From Octopus vulgaris (Eukaryota): DNA of 64,000 bases. Below the pieces are notes generated by a model. The model had not been told where the DNA came from. It made no database searches and worked only from the letters and a program-made list of their open reading frames with translations. The DNA lies in the NCBI GenBank assembly GCA_951406725.2, contig OX597840.1, positions 17,980,001 through 18,044,000 on the forward strand, read 5' to 3'. The number at the start of each line of letters is the position of its first letter. The stretch's first letter is position 1. The position numbers and the translations under genes were made by a program. Below, piece by piece: positions 12,965-27,390 of the stretch.

Positions 12965-13345
12965 TTCTTTTTATTCTTTTACTTGTTTCAGTCATTTCAC
13001 TGCAGCCATGCTGGAGCACTGCTTTGAAGGGTTTTAGTTGAACAAACCAACCCTAGCTCTTTTTTTAAAGCCTAGTACTTATTCTACCAGTCACCTCTAA
13101 GTTACAGGGATGTAAACACACCAACATCGGTTGCCAAACGGTGATGGGGGAACAAACACAGACACAAGCATACATATATATGACAGGCTTCTTTCAGTTT
13201 TCGTCTACTAAATCCACTCACAAGGCTTTAATCAGCCTGAGGCTATAGTAAAAGACACATGACCAAGATGCTGCACCATGAGACTGAACCTGGTATCATG
13301 ATTGGGAAGCAAGCTTCTTACCACACAGCCACGTCTGCACCTATA
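12965..13345 (-). mobile_element. SINE family B, full length
   Basis: Reverse complement of family B head, body and tail. Confidence 0.85.
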
Positions 13346-13753
13346 TATATATTCATTTTTACTCTAGGCACAGAATTTTTCGGAAGGTGGAGACTAGTCA
13401 ATTAGATCGACTCCATTATGCAACTGGTACTTAATTTATCAACCCCGAAAGGATGAAAGGCAAAGTCGATCTCGGCTGAATTTGAACTCAGAACATAACG
13501 ACAGACGAAATACTGCTACACATTTCGCCCGGCGTGCTAAACCATTCTACCAGCACACAGCCTTGTGTCTGTTTATATTATCTAGATTAAATGTCTCTTT
13601 TGAGTGATCCCAAACGTTTTGCTCTTTCTGTTTTCACTTTAATCCATATTTTTCTTATAGAAATCATATGGTGTCGTATTCCATGTCCTTTGTATTATTC
13701 CATGATAAGGCTCTCTAAGCATTTTCGCCATCTTATTCTTTCAATATATAGTA

Positions 13754-14718
13754 CCGTAAATCCTCAAGTATAGTCCACCCTTGAGTATAATACGTAGGGG
13801 ATTTTTAGGGGGCTGTGCCTCTGAAAAACCTAAACCTTGTGTATAATACGCACTCCTTCTCTAACTTGAGTCAAGGAGGTCTCTATAACGTCCTTGGTTT
13901 GTAAAAATGCATATGGTAACATCCTTTATTATTGCCTTCTTGCCTTCTTTATCTTTGGCATCTGTTTAATTTCATCTTTATTTCTTCTCCATAACTTGAC
14001 ATTGCTTTCGTCAACATCAAATTTTCTTCCGGCGGCCCTATTACCATGCTCTTCAGCATATGACATAACTTCAAGTTTAAACATAGCTGAATAAGATCTA
14101 CGAGGCATTTTATGGGCATGGAATGTATAAAATGTTTTATTGGATATTAATGTACAGGTTTAAGTCCGCCTTATAAAAAAAACCCTAGTAAAGACCCACA
14201 GTAGTTCAAACATTTAATACTGGTATTTAATCAAGTATCTGTCATGGTAATGATGCAAACTGCCAATACAAACAGCAGGATGAACTATCTAGGGCTAAAC
14301 TATAAAGCACAATTTGTACGTAATTAAGCCAGCAGCACCTATTCGAGCAAACACTTCCGCGCATGCGTAATACAATAATGGTGATGTTCTTAACTGTTAT
14401 ATGGGAATGTAAATATGTCTGCAAATTGTTTTTGTTACATGTTATTCTGTGCTCTGACTACTTTTATTTTAATAAATGTTGCTTATTGCAAGTTATGGAT
14501 GATTCTTTTATGACTTCGTTGCCTTCAGGCTTAGCTTAAGGTATTTTCGCGCCCGACATCACAAAATGCGTCTGAATAAACATTACCGGACTGCAAATAG
14601 AGACTCGGACATTGCTTAGAAAATAATTTTCATTTTTAACCTCGTATATAGTACGCACGAGGGATTTTGATCTTTAAAATTTGGGGAAAAAATGTGGATT
14701 ATACTCGAGGGTTTACGG
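13754..14718 (-). mobile_element. pogo-family (Tc1/mariner superfamily) internally deleted DNA transposon
   Basis: TIRs 'ccgtaaatcctcaagtata' / 'tatactcgagggtttacgg', TA on both sides (13752-53, 14719-20); carries a transposase N-terminal remnant. Confidence 0.85.
13929..14108 (-). CDS. 59-aa ORF, Brinker-type HTH DNA-binding domain of a pogo transposase
   Basis: MPRRSYSAMFKLEVMSYAEEHGNRAAGRKFDVDESNVKLWRRNKDEIKQMPKIKKARRQ*; below ORF-track cutoff; expression unknown. Confidence 0.6.
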   Translation of the reverse strand: MPRRSYSAMFKLEVMSYAEEHGNRAAGRKFDVDESNVKLWRRNKDEIKQMPKIKKARRQ

Positions 14719-14910
14719 TAATACCTTACTTTACAACTATCTGTTTTACGAGTTTTTACGATTTTTCGCTTTACGAGCGTTCACTGGGAATGAATTAACT
14801 CGTGTGTCGAGGCATGCATTACTGTATATTTACCCATGTGTGACCTCATAACATTATATATATATGTTCACACACCCACATACATACACACATACACAAC
14901 ACATCTATAC

Positions 14911-15176
14911 AATTTCTGGCATTCCTTCGATATAACTCGATAAAATCAAAGCATGACACTTCGGGTATTTCTGTGGGTTGTGGAGTATAGACATAACGAA
15001 ATTATGCCAGCAATGTCTCGTTTTAAACTTGAAGAAAAAAAAGCCTGGCATATTTGTTCTCACCTGTTTCAGGTGTGTCTGTAAACAGAATCGAACTGTC
15101 ATTTGCTTCCACGGAAAATACCCGAAGTGAAGTGTTTTGATTTTGTCGAGTTATATCGAAAGAATGCCAAATTTCT
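14911..15176. mobile_element. MITE-like inverted repeat (~65-bp arms)
   Basis: 'tggcattccttcgatataactcgataaaatcaaa...cttcgggtatt' versus 'aatacccgaagt...ttgattttgtcgagttatatcgaaagaatgcca'. Confidence 0.7.
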
Positions 15177-15269
15177 CTCTGTCTATCTTTCATTTTGTCA
15201 GCATGGCTTCCTCTTTGCTATTTCCTCTCTCTCACCCAAAATTCCTATTTGTATTTGACTTACTAGCTC

Positions 15270-15351
<82 letters not shown>

Positions 15352-15973
15352 CACGTACACACACAGAGACACACGCTTTCACACATGGCTGACTTACACA
15401 GGCAGACGACAGGCTTCACATAACTAAACATGAACTAAGAAACAAAAATCTGATAATTTTGATATTTGTTTACGTATGTACACAGACGTTGTGTGTTGCG
15501 TATATATTTGTGTGTGTGTGTGTGTGTGTGCGTGTTTATGCGTGTGATTGTGTGTATGTATATGTGTTTGTGCACGAAGAACATAAAAACTACTCACACA
15601 CAATGGCACAAGCTTACACACACACACATATATACATATATGCATGTAAATATATACACTTACACACACACACCTAGACACACACATGTATATATATATG
15701 TTCAGAGGTGTGTACACACACACACACGTTTACACACCACACAATCATACATACATAGATACATAAACCTACATATACACACTCACACACACACATAAAC
15801 ACATACATTTATATGTACATAAATATATGTATGTATTTATGTACGTATGTGTGTGTATGCAAGTACATATGTATATATGTGTGTGTGTATGTATGCCTGC
15901 ATGTATGCATGTACATATGTATGTATTTGTGTGTATGTATGTATGAATTTTTGTACATGTATATGTGTGTGTA

Positions 15974-16007
<34 letters not shown>

Positions 16008-16011
16008 TGTG

Positions 16012-16049
<38 letters not shown>

Positions 16050-16504
16050 CGTATGTATATCTCACACACGCATGCAATATTATATATCGCTGAAACAACA
16101 CGCCTGTTGCCGGATTATTTATGTCCTGTCTGTTCTCCCGAAAAACATGACGGCAACACTCTTCCTCCCTGCCACCCACCCCTGCACCACCACCAACATC
16201 TCCACCACCTCACCATCGCCGCCTGCCTGCCCCTCTCCCCCAACGCTATTAGATAATACTCCTGAGTACCACCCACATACTCCTACTGCATCAACGCTAT
16301 CAAGTAATACTCTCAACAACAATAACAACAACAACGAACATATTCCATCTTCTGACCGAATTTTAACAGAGATCGCACCACCACACCCACCTCACCATTT
16401 CTGTATCCTGATACAAACACGCACGCGCGCGCATGTATAACTATCTCTCCGCGCCATTTACTATTCGCTTTATATCATCACTTACATCGTTTCTTTTCTC
16501 CCAG

Positions 16505-16550
<46 letters not shown>

Positions 16551-16704
16551 TGTGTGTGTGTGTCTGTGTGTCTATTTGTGTGTGCGTGTGTATTTATATG
16601 TATGTTTGCATGTGTGTATATACACACACACACTCACACACATTTATATATACAGAGAGATAGACACAGACAGACAGGCAGGCAGACAGACAGGCAGGCA
16701 GACA

Positions 16705-16855
<151 letters not shown>

Positions 16856-17145
16856 AATTGATAGATTGATTAAAGAATGACATGGATGGTTTGAGAGAAT
16901 GATATAGATACAGACTTCGTTATCTATATAAATGAATGTATACATATGAATACACACACACATATGATTGATTAAAAACGGAGAAAAAGACAAGAAAAAA
17001 CAACAACGCGAGGACGTAGCACATGCAAAGTATTAATAAGACACTCAGAGAAGGAAAAGAGTGGTTGTTTTATGATTCGAGCATACCTCTTCGTCGGAAA
17101 CAGAAGACAGGAAAGTTCAAAAGAAAAAGGAGAAAAACATCGCCA

Positions 17146-17194
<49 letters not shown>

Positions 17195-17262
17195 GGGAGA
17201 GAGAGAGAGAGGGGGAGGGGGGGTGAGAGTTGGTATGTGAAAGCAAGTGGTTGGATGTATAA

Positions 17263-17603
17263 AGACAAAATAAAGTGAAAAAACTACAGAAGACTTGTGT
17301 TATATGGTTAAAGAATATATTTAAATCGTTATGTTAGAAAAATGTTATAAAATTTCGTGTATAGAAACATTGTTTTTGGAGAAATAACCGGTTTCGTATT
17401 TTCTTTTCAAATTTCTCAAATTTCTATACCGACAAGAGATGACACAATGTCGGTAAAGAAATTTGGGAAATTTGAAAAGAAAATATGAAACCGGTTATTT
17501 CTCCAAAAACAATGTTACTATACGCAAAATGTTATAACGATTTGAGTATATTCTTTAACCGTATAACACAATCCTTCTATAGTTTTTTCACTTTATTTTG
17601 TCT

Positions 17604-17605
<2 letters not shown>
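17263..17605. mobile_element. Fold-back element (~165-bp arms), each arm with a minimal U3-A8 hammerhead motif
   Basis: 17263-17435 is the reverse complement of 17447-17605; motifs at 17381-17415 (-) and 17467-17501 (+): gaaat TTGAAAA g aaaata y GAAA ccgg TT atttc. Confidence 0.7.
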
Positions 17606-17639
<34 letters not shown>

Positions 17640-17644
<5 letters not shown>

Positions 17645-18215
17645 CAACAATTGAGGGTAAAATTTATTAGTTATTAATCCATTTCACCAAAGTAGTGTTC
17701 AGTATGTAAAAGGACCATTTAAGGCGAATTCAAAATATTACATTATATAATTAGGGCTTAGTAAAATAAATTACTTTGCCACATACTGAACTTTCTAGAA
17801 ATAGCAGCCAAAAAGTTTTTTAGCCATTTCCACTACTTTAAGAAGGGGAAGGGGAAGGAACATGAATCTTCGCTCGTACATTTTGAATTTGCTAGTACTG
17901 GCAGTCTGAGCGTGTTCGTCTGAGGGGTATGTTCATTCTTTTAGTGCTTTCAAATCCAAAATAAAGAAATGTTGAGCTGACGAAGGAAATGCTGAGTTTT
18001 ATTTGGCTAATCTAGAAACGTTGACGTTCTCAAATGATCTTTGTACTTGTGATATTTTTACTGTTTTTACCTCCATATCTTCGTGAGTTATTTTTGAGTA
18101 AACATTATCTGAGAGAAATTTTTCTTAAAGTAGTGGAAATGGCTAAAAAAACTTTTTGGCTGCTATTTCTAGAAAGTTCAGTATGTGGCAAAGTAATTTA
18201 TTTTACTAAGCCCTA
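17640..18215. mobile_element. Non-coding element with ~95-bp inverted arms, flanked by (TA)n
   Basis: 17750-17845 is the reverse complement of 18120-18215; hammerhead motif in the spacer. Confidence 0.7.
17972..18033 (+). ncRNA. Type-I hammerhead motif (C3-G8), imperfect stem II
   Basis: ttgag CTGACGA ... GAAA cgttgacg TT ctcaa. Confidence 0.55.
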
Positions 18216-18218
18216 ATA

Positions 18219-18249
<31 letters not shown>

Positions 18250-18660
18250 GTATATATATATGTATATATATGGATGGATGGACGGATGAATGGATGGATG
18301 GATGGATAGATAGATAGATAGATACACACGAGAAAGCACACAAATGCAGAACAAGGTGGAAAAAATAGTACTCGAATACCAAAGGTAGAGTAATATGGAT
18401 TTTTTTATTAAAATTGCAAAATTGGATGAACTATAAATAGTTATGTATACACACACCCAACAATAACATACCTGAATGCATACATAAATATCCATATATA
18501 TATATATAGATATATATATATTTATTTCTCCTATGTTTCCGACGAAGAGCTCCGCTCGAAACGTCATACCCTCCTTCTTCCATTTTCCTGAGCGCCTAAT
18601 AATAATAATACTGTAATTGTTCCACGTGTTGTTGTTTTTTCTGTTTTCCCGTTTGGATTA

Positions 18661-18736
<76 letters not shown>

Positions 18737-19394
18737 TAATACCATACCAAATTCTGGTGCCTTTAACTTAAGTACCATATTCAACTGAATCTAAATTTTA
18801 CTGAACTTATATATATGTATATACATATCCTTACACACACATTATATATATATATTTATATACACACACACACATCCATACACACACATATATACATACA
18901 CACATATTTATACATATAGATATTCCCACATAAATTTATATGCAAATATACACAACATATACACATACACACACATAAACAACTGATACATATACAATTA
19001 TATGCATATATACCCATCATATGAACATACACAAATAGGTAGGTAAATATCCACAAATATAAACATATAAACATATTTGATTTTGATTTTGATTTTTCCA
19101 GTTTCAGCTAATGAGCTGTGGCCATGCTGGGGATAAATAAAAATTAAAAGTAAAAAATATATAGACTTATAGATAAAAAAAATATGAACATTTGGAAAAA
19201 AAAATAAACATGAAGATAAAAAGATAGCCGCTAAAGCTTTTTTTATTCTCTCTCTGTTTATTTTTTTGTCTTCCTTTCTGTTGAAGAGCATAGGCTCGAA
19301 ACATAAAAAACTTTCTCACCTTCCCGAGTGTTAAACTAATACACCTGTTTGTTGTTTACACACCTGTCTTGGTCTTTGTTTTCCTATAAATTCC

Positions 19395-19467
<73 letters not shown>

Positions 19468-19639
19468 AATACATACATACATAGACATATATATATATAC
19501 ATATACGTACATATACACACACGCAAATATAAATATACATGTATTTTTTCTCACTCACATATCACCATATATTGGGAAAACTAAATAAAAAAAGAAATAA
19601 AATATAAAGAAAATAGTTAAAATAAGCTATCATACCCCA

Positions 19640-19971
19640 CTATACAATTTATAAATATATAAACATAAATATTACATATTTCTAGCCAAAAACGTCCATT
19701 AATTAAATAATTAAAAATAATATAGAAAATAATTTATTCCATATAATTACTATCCCTTCTCTGAGTTATATCATCTGTATAAATACTACTACTAAAGATA
19801 CATTAATGATATCAACTAAATAAATAAATTGCAAAATCAGTCAGATTTGTTATTCATTAATACTAATGAAATATTAGAAATCTACTTATATTTAGCAATG
19901 ATAAGTTTACTCGCATGGTTACAGGCTAAAATTTTTAAAAGTGTATGTTCAAAAGTAATTTATGCAAAATA

Positions 19972-19975
<4 letters not shown>
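19640..19975 (-). mobile_element. 3' fragment of the Naiad-like PLE at 23600-25755
   Basis: Strong similarity to ~23650-23910 ('taaattgcaaaatcagt.agattt.ttattcattaatactaatgaaatattagaaatctacttatatttagc'). Confidence 0.7.
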
Positions 19976-20047
<72 letters not shown>

Positions 20048-20315
20048 GGAAAATTAAGTTCAAAAGAGAACAATTCAAAAAGAGAGAAAGAATGATTTCT
20101 AATAAAGATTCATCATATTCATAAAAAAACCCAGCTAAAGCAAGTAATAAGAATATGAAAATTGTAGTTGAAAAATATCGTTATAGGTATAGATATACCA
20201 TAAACAATTATAGAAAAATGGAGGGGAAGATATCTTGAATACACCATCCGGTCTTGTCTGATCGATGTTTTTTCCTTCTTAAGTTCTCTTTGTTTTCTTC
20301 TCTGCATAAATTCCT

Positions 20316-20420
20316 CACACTGATGAAAATGACAATGCGTAAATTTAATATTAATTATAATTACTATAGTTATAAATTTTTTCTTACGTACTTGTATTGT
20401 CCTTTGAAACGCGTATATGT
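20316..20420 (+). ncRNA. Hammerhead motif with long AT-rich stem II
   Basis: caca CTGATGA aaatgacaatgcgtaa...ttacgt...attgtccttt GAAA cgcg TA tatg; one stem-I mismatch. Confidence 0.6.
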
Positions 20421-21245
20421 ATTGAATGCTATTCTGTATTAAATCTAATTTTGATTTAGCATCTTTTTTCTCCTCCATTTTTCTATTATTGTTTATGGTA
20501 TATTTATACCTATAATGATATTTTTCAACTATGTATATATATATATATATATATAGGTAAACAGTAAAAATAATTACAGACATGGACAAGAACATGAAAC
20601 GCCACAGAGACGACACAAGAACCACAGGACGGGACATTCGAAGCCCTCAGTCATCAGTCAAGAACCAGATCATCTTAGCAATTTCGGCTGATTAATCTTG
20701 AGATTGCTCCGATATGGCCAGCCCGCCACGGGAAATCTAAGCCAAGTGCACTAGATCCCCTGGAAGAAAGCCTCGAATGTATACAACACGAGGACGGAAA
20801 ACGAACGAAGTGCACGAACAAAAATACAGAATACGTGACAACAATAAGAATACAAAAACGTAAAAACAATAACGGTAAAAATAAAGTATAACAAATAAAC
20901 AACAAAGCAAAACCAGGACGTAGGACAAGGGTCTTTCGACAGGACGAATTGAGCAAGGGGCAGGCTTATGAAGTTGTGCCTAATGGCCACAGGGAGACGA
21001 ACAAGTACGTGTTGCTTCAACGGCTGCTGGAACGAAAAGAGCGTTCAACAGCGGCTAGCGGTCACGTGAGAACAAAAGACAAGAGAAAGGGACAGATGAA
21101 AAGAGAGAGAAAAGGTGGACGAGGGAGGAGAAGAAAGAGACAGATCGAGGGGGCTGGAGGTGAGAGAGATAGAGAAACGTAGAAGGTGGGGGGAAACGGA
21201 TGGAGAGGGAAAGAAAGGAGGGGGAATAAGGGAGAGAGAGAGAGA

Positions 21246-21287
<42 letters not shown>

Positions 21288-21289
<2 letters not shown>

Positions 21290-21581
21290 AGGCGCAATGA
21301 CCTGGTGGTTAGGGCAGCGAACTCGCAGTCGTAGGATCGCGGTTTCGATTCCCAGACCGGGCGTTGTGTGTGTTTATTGAGCGAAAATACCTTAAAGCTC
21401 CACGAGGCTCCGGCAGGGGGTGGTGATCCCTGCTGTACTCTTTCACCACTCTTTCTTCTGATGGCCTGCTCGCTTAGCCAGAGGGATGGCGTCATTCGCT
21501 TAGCCAGCGGGATGGCGTCATTGTGACCAGCGATGTGTAGCAACATCTGATGGTCTGGTCGGTCATGTGATCATGTGTGAT

Positions 21582-21585
<4 letters not shown>
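21288..21585 (+). mobile_element. tRNA-derived SINE, family C
   Basis: 'ggaggcgcaatgacctggtggttagggcagcg..ctcgc...ggtttcgattccc'; relatives at 46768-47070, 49025-49165, 54266-54590, 57775-58080(-), 61045-61325. Confidence 0.85.
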
Positions 21586-21619
<34 letters not shown>

Positions 21620-21757
21620 AAAATGGAGAAGAAAAATATAATATATGCTTCGTTCATTTTATTTGTATCACAATGGAGAAGTAGTACAAATTAAAAGGGA
21701 TGCCTATAAGAACAAATATAAAAGGAACCACATCAACAAAACAACAAAAGATTAAAA

Positions 21758-22032
21758 AAATCCTACACATGTTTCAATCCGACAGTATGTTTGAATCATC
21801 AATATTGTAACTTTTATAGATGTAATAAACGATATATTGCTGGATATCGTCAGCGAAAAGTAAGTATATTTTCCAGTCTTGAATTACAAAATGACTTATT
21901 TTGTAATTCAAGACTGGAAAATATACTTACTTCTCCCTGAAGATAACTGGCAATATATGTTTTATTATCTCTATAAAAGTTACAATATTAATGATTCAAA
22001 AATACTGTCGGATTGAAACATGTGTAGGATTC
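21758..22032. repeat. Fold-back (~135-bp arms) with degenerate hammerhead-like ends
   Basis: Centre ~21896; ends read 'tat t(g/a)atga ttcaa...ggatt GAAA catgt gtagg' on opposite strands. Confidence 0.75.
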
Positions 22033-22156
22033 ATATGTAATTTATGAGACTGTTTATACATATATATTGAGGAACTTTCAATCAATATATTTGATAAAAC
22101 TCATTTGGCATCTGGATTGTTGTTAACAATCCCTTACAGGGAAAGTGCTTCCTCAA

Positions 22157-22237
<81 letters not shown>

Positions 22238-23469
22238 TAGCTGGTGCACCTGGTAATTCCCGGGGGAAAAGATGTTCTATTAAAACGCTTTATTACTCTG
22301 ATATAAGAAAGCAATTTCGTTATAACTGCCACAAAAGGTGTATTTTCCGTCACGAAAAAGTACAAAAAACTGTCAACTGAAAGAGCGAGAGATTGTTGTA
22401 GGTTGGCGAGAGAGATTTTCGGAGGTTGCCGAGAAAGATTGTCGGAGGTTGGTGAGAGAGGTTGTCGGAGGTTGGTAAGAGGCAAAGACATTATTCTGCT
22501 TAGCGAAAATGTATAACTGCTGTCATTCACAGAAAAACTATTGTTTTACCGTGAGAAAAGCGCTGCTGAAGTGTTAAGTGAAATTTGGCAATCGAGGATC
22601 GAATCCACTCTATGCCTGCACGAAGCCACTACAAATAAGTCGAGGAATAAAAAAAATTATCTACTGTCATGGAAAAAGTGTAACTGTAAAGATGGTGAAT
22701 TATCAGTTATGGGCATTCAAAAAAGTATGTATGTATAGAAATGTATGAATGAAGTCTTTAAGGTTTAATATTCAAATTAAGGAAGTGCAATAATAATGTT
22801 TAGCAGTTCAAAACTTCGAGTAGTGAAATGCAGAATTAGGCCGGCTGATCGTGAGAATCAAATGTTGATCGCTTCTCTAAAATCTGCAGGTGGTATGGGT
22901 TGTTTAAATAAAATATCAGTTTAAATAAAATATCAGTAATATGGGTTGTTTAAATAAAATATCAGTTTAAATAAAATATCAGTAATATGGGTTGTTTAAA
23001 TAAAATATCAGTAATATGTAGAAGAGAGGAAGATCCATTGATCCCTATTATCGATTTTTTTCAACAATGCAAGTGTCACGAGGTTTCCGGACATGAGTTC
23101 TACTCACGTGTCAAATAAAGTATATAAGTGATATTGTCTGCAAAACTTAGAAATGGGATACACAAAAAATCAATAATCAAAGTAATTAAACATGACCAAT
23201 GAAATAGGTTATTTCCCTTCAGTGTTTAAAAAATATTGTACAGGTGCTATGGGTTATTTCCCTTGGGTGTTTAAAGCAAAATTAGTTATATAAAGGTCCC
23301 TTCCAGGGGGTGTTTTATCGATTTTTCAACAATCTAAGTATGTCACGATGTATCCAGACATGAGTTCTACTCATGTGTCAAGTTTCATCAAAATCAATAA
23401 AACGATGTAGGATGAGTTAGTTAACAACGCCGCAAACAAATGCACATCGGTTTTCCACATATGTAGTAA

Positions 23470-23470
<1 letters not shown>
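22238..23470 (-). mobile_element. Helitron-like non-autonomous element with internal tandem repeats
   Basis: 'tagctggtgcacctggtaattcccggg' 3'-like end; 'aagtttcatcaaaatc...cacatatgtagtaa' 5'-like end; internal ~19-bp repeats (22385-22480) and 'tttaaataaaatatcagt' repeats (22895-23015). Confidence 0.5.
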
Positions 23471-23500
<30 letters not shown>

Positions 23501-23508
23501 CGCACACG

Positions 23509-25755
<2,247 letters not shown>

Positions 25756-25867
25756 ACCCTGGGTTCAGTACGACAGCATGGCATCGTTGACAAATATCTT
25801 CGACTATAGCTACAGGCCGACCATAGTCTTGTGGGTAGATTTGGTACACGGAAAGTGAAAGAAACTC

Positions 25868-25913
<46 letters not shown>

Positions 25914-25935
25914 TATATATATATATATATATATG

Positions 25936-25985
<50 letters not shown>

Positions 25986-26592
25986 CATGCACACGCAAAC
26001 ACATACATACAAACACATATATATAATACAGACCTACATGTATATGTATGTATGTATGTATATATATATATATATTTATATATACATACATACATGAATA
26101 CATACATACATGCATACATACATCTATACATACATATATACACATACATATACACACACACCACGTTACACATTCTTGCGTGACGCATACATTGCATATG
26201 TGGGTTTGTGTATGTGTGAACGTGCGTGTGCGTGTGTGTGTACGTGTGTGTATGTGTGTGTATGTGTGTGCATGTGTACTCGCACATACACGCATACATT
26301 CATGCACATGTTGACATCCTACCGCTCTATACCCCTGGGTATCTCAGATTGCTTTTACAAACTTTAAAATAGATTTGACCTCGACGGGTATGACCCCCCC
26401 TCCTCACTCCGCCGTCTACAGGCAATCGTATAGAATAGGTCGACCACCCCGCCACCTAGCAGCCGCTTCACAATGTGATATCTGATACGACGAACAAATT
26501 AATGGTGGAGATTTTAGTTAAGACTTCACGGCACAGTCATGGTTTTCTTCATGTGATTTAGCTGAGCGTGTATGTGTGTGCAAATGTGTGTG

Positions 26593-26634
<42 letters not shown>

Positions 26635-26691
26635 CATGTGTAACTGCGAACATCTACATCTATAAGTATATGCACAATTGTGCATATGTAT

Positions 26692-26753
<62 letters not shown>

Positions 26754-27390
26754 ACATATGTATATATGGATAGATAGATAGATATGAATATACATACACA
26801 CATACATATATATACACATAATATATATGTATGTTTGTATTATACATGCATACATATACATATTCATCCATATGTGCAATTTATGCATCTAACTATAAAT
26901 ATATATATATACATATATACACACATGCATATACACACACATGCATATATACACACACATATATACATATATATTTACTCACAAACACACACACACACAC
27001 ACACACAAGCACACAATGTTACCATAGTAATCTGTACTTAATTACCAGAAGTGAGCTGGTATTGTGTGTTCGAACCAAAGCTACCCCTTCCATTGTCAGC
27101 CGTCGCATTCATTCCCAACTCACATATAACGTTACAGTTTCTTATATTCTGCAGCGGGGAGATTTATTTTATACAAAATAATGAGTATTAAGTCCCAATT
27201 TTATTTCATTTTTTTATCAACCAATTTGTCACTGATGCACTTTTTCAATGTGGTTTGTCTGTCGGTCTTTTAAATGGGTGTTGTAACTCTATCACAATGA
27301 AATTTATTCTCTCTCCCTCATTTTCTCTGTCTCTTTCTCTGTGTGTATACGTAAATATATATACATATACATATACGTACATACATACGT

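Noticed and set aside
20640-20730. CTGATGA and GAAA on the minus strand as a hammerhead
   Set aside because: Order and pairing could not be fitted to any hammerhead topology by eye.
21288-21360. tRNA genes at SINE heads
   Set aside because: Heads run into shared SINE bodies and lack complete cloverleafs.
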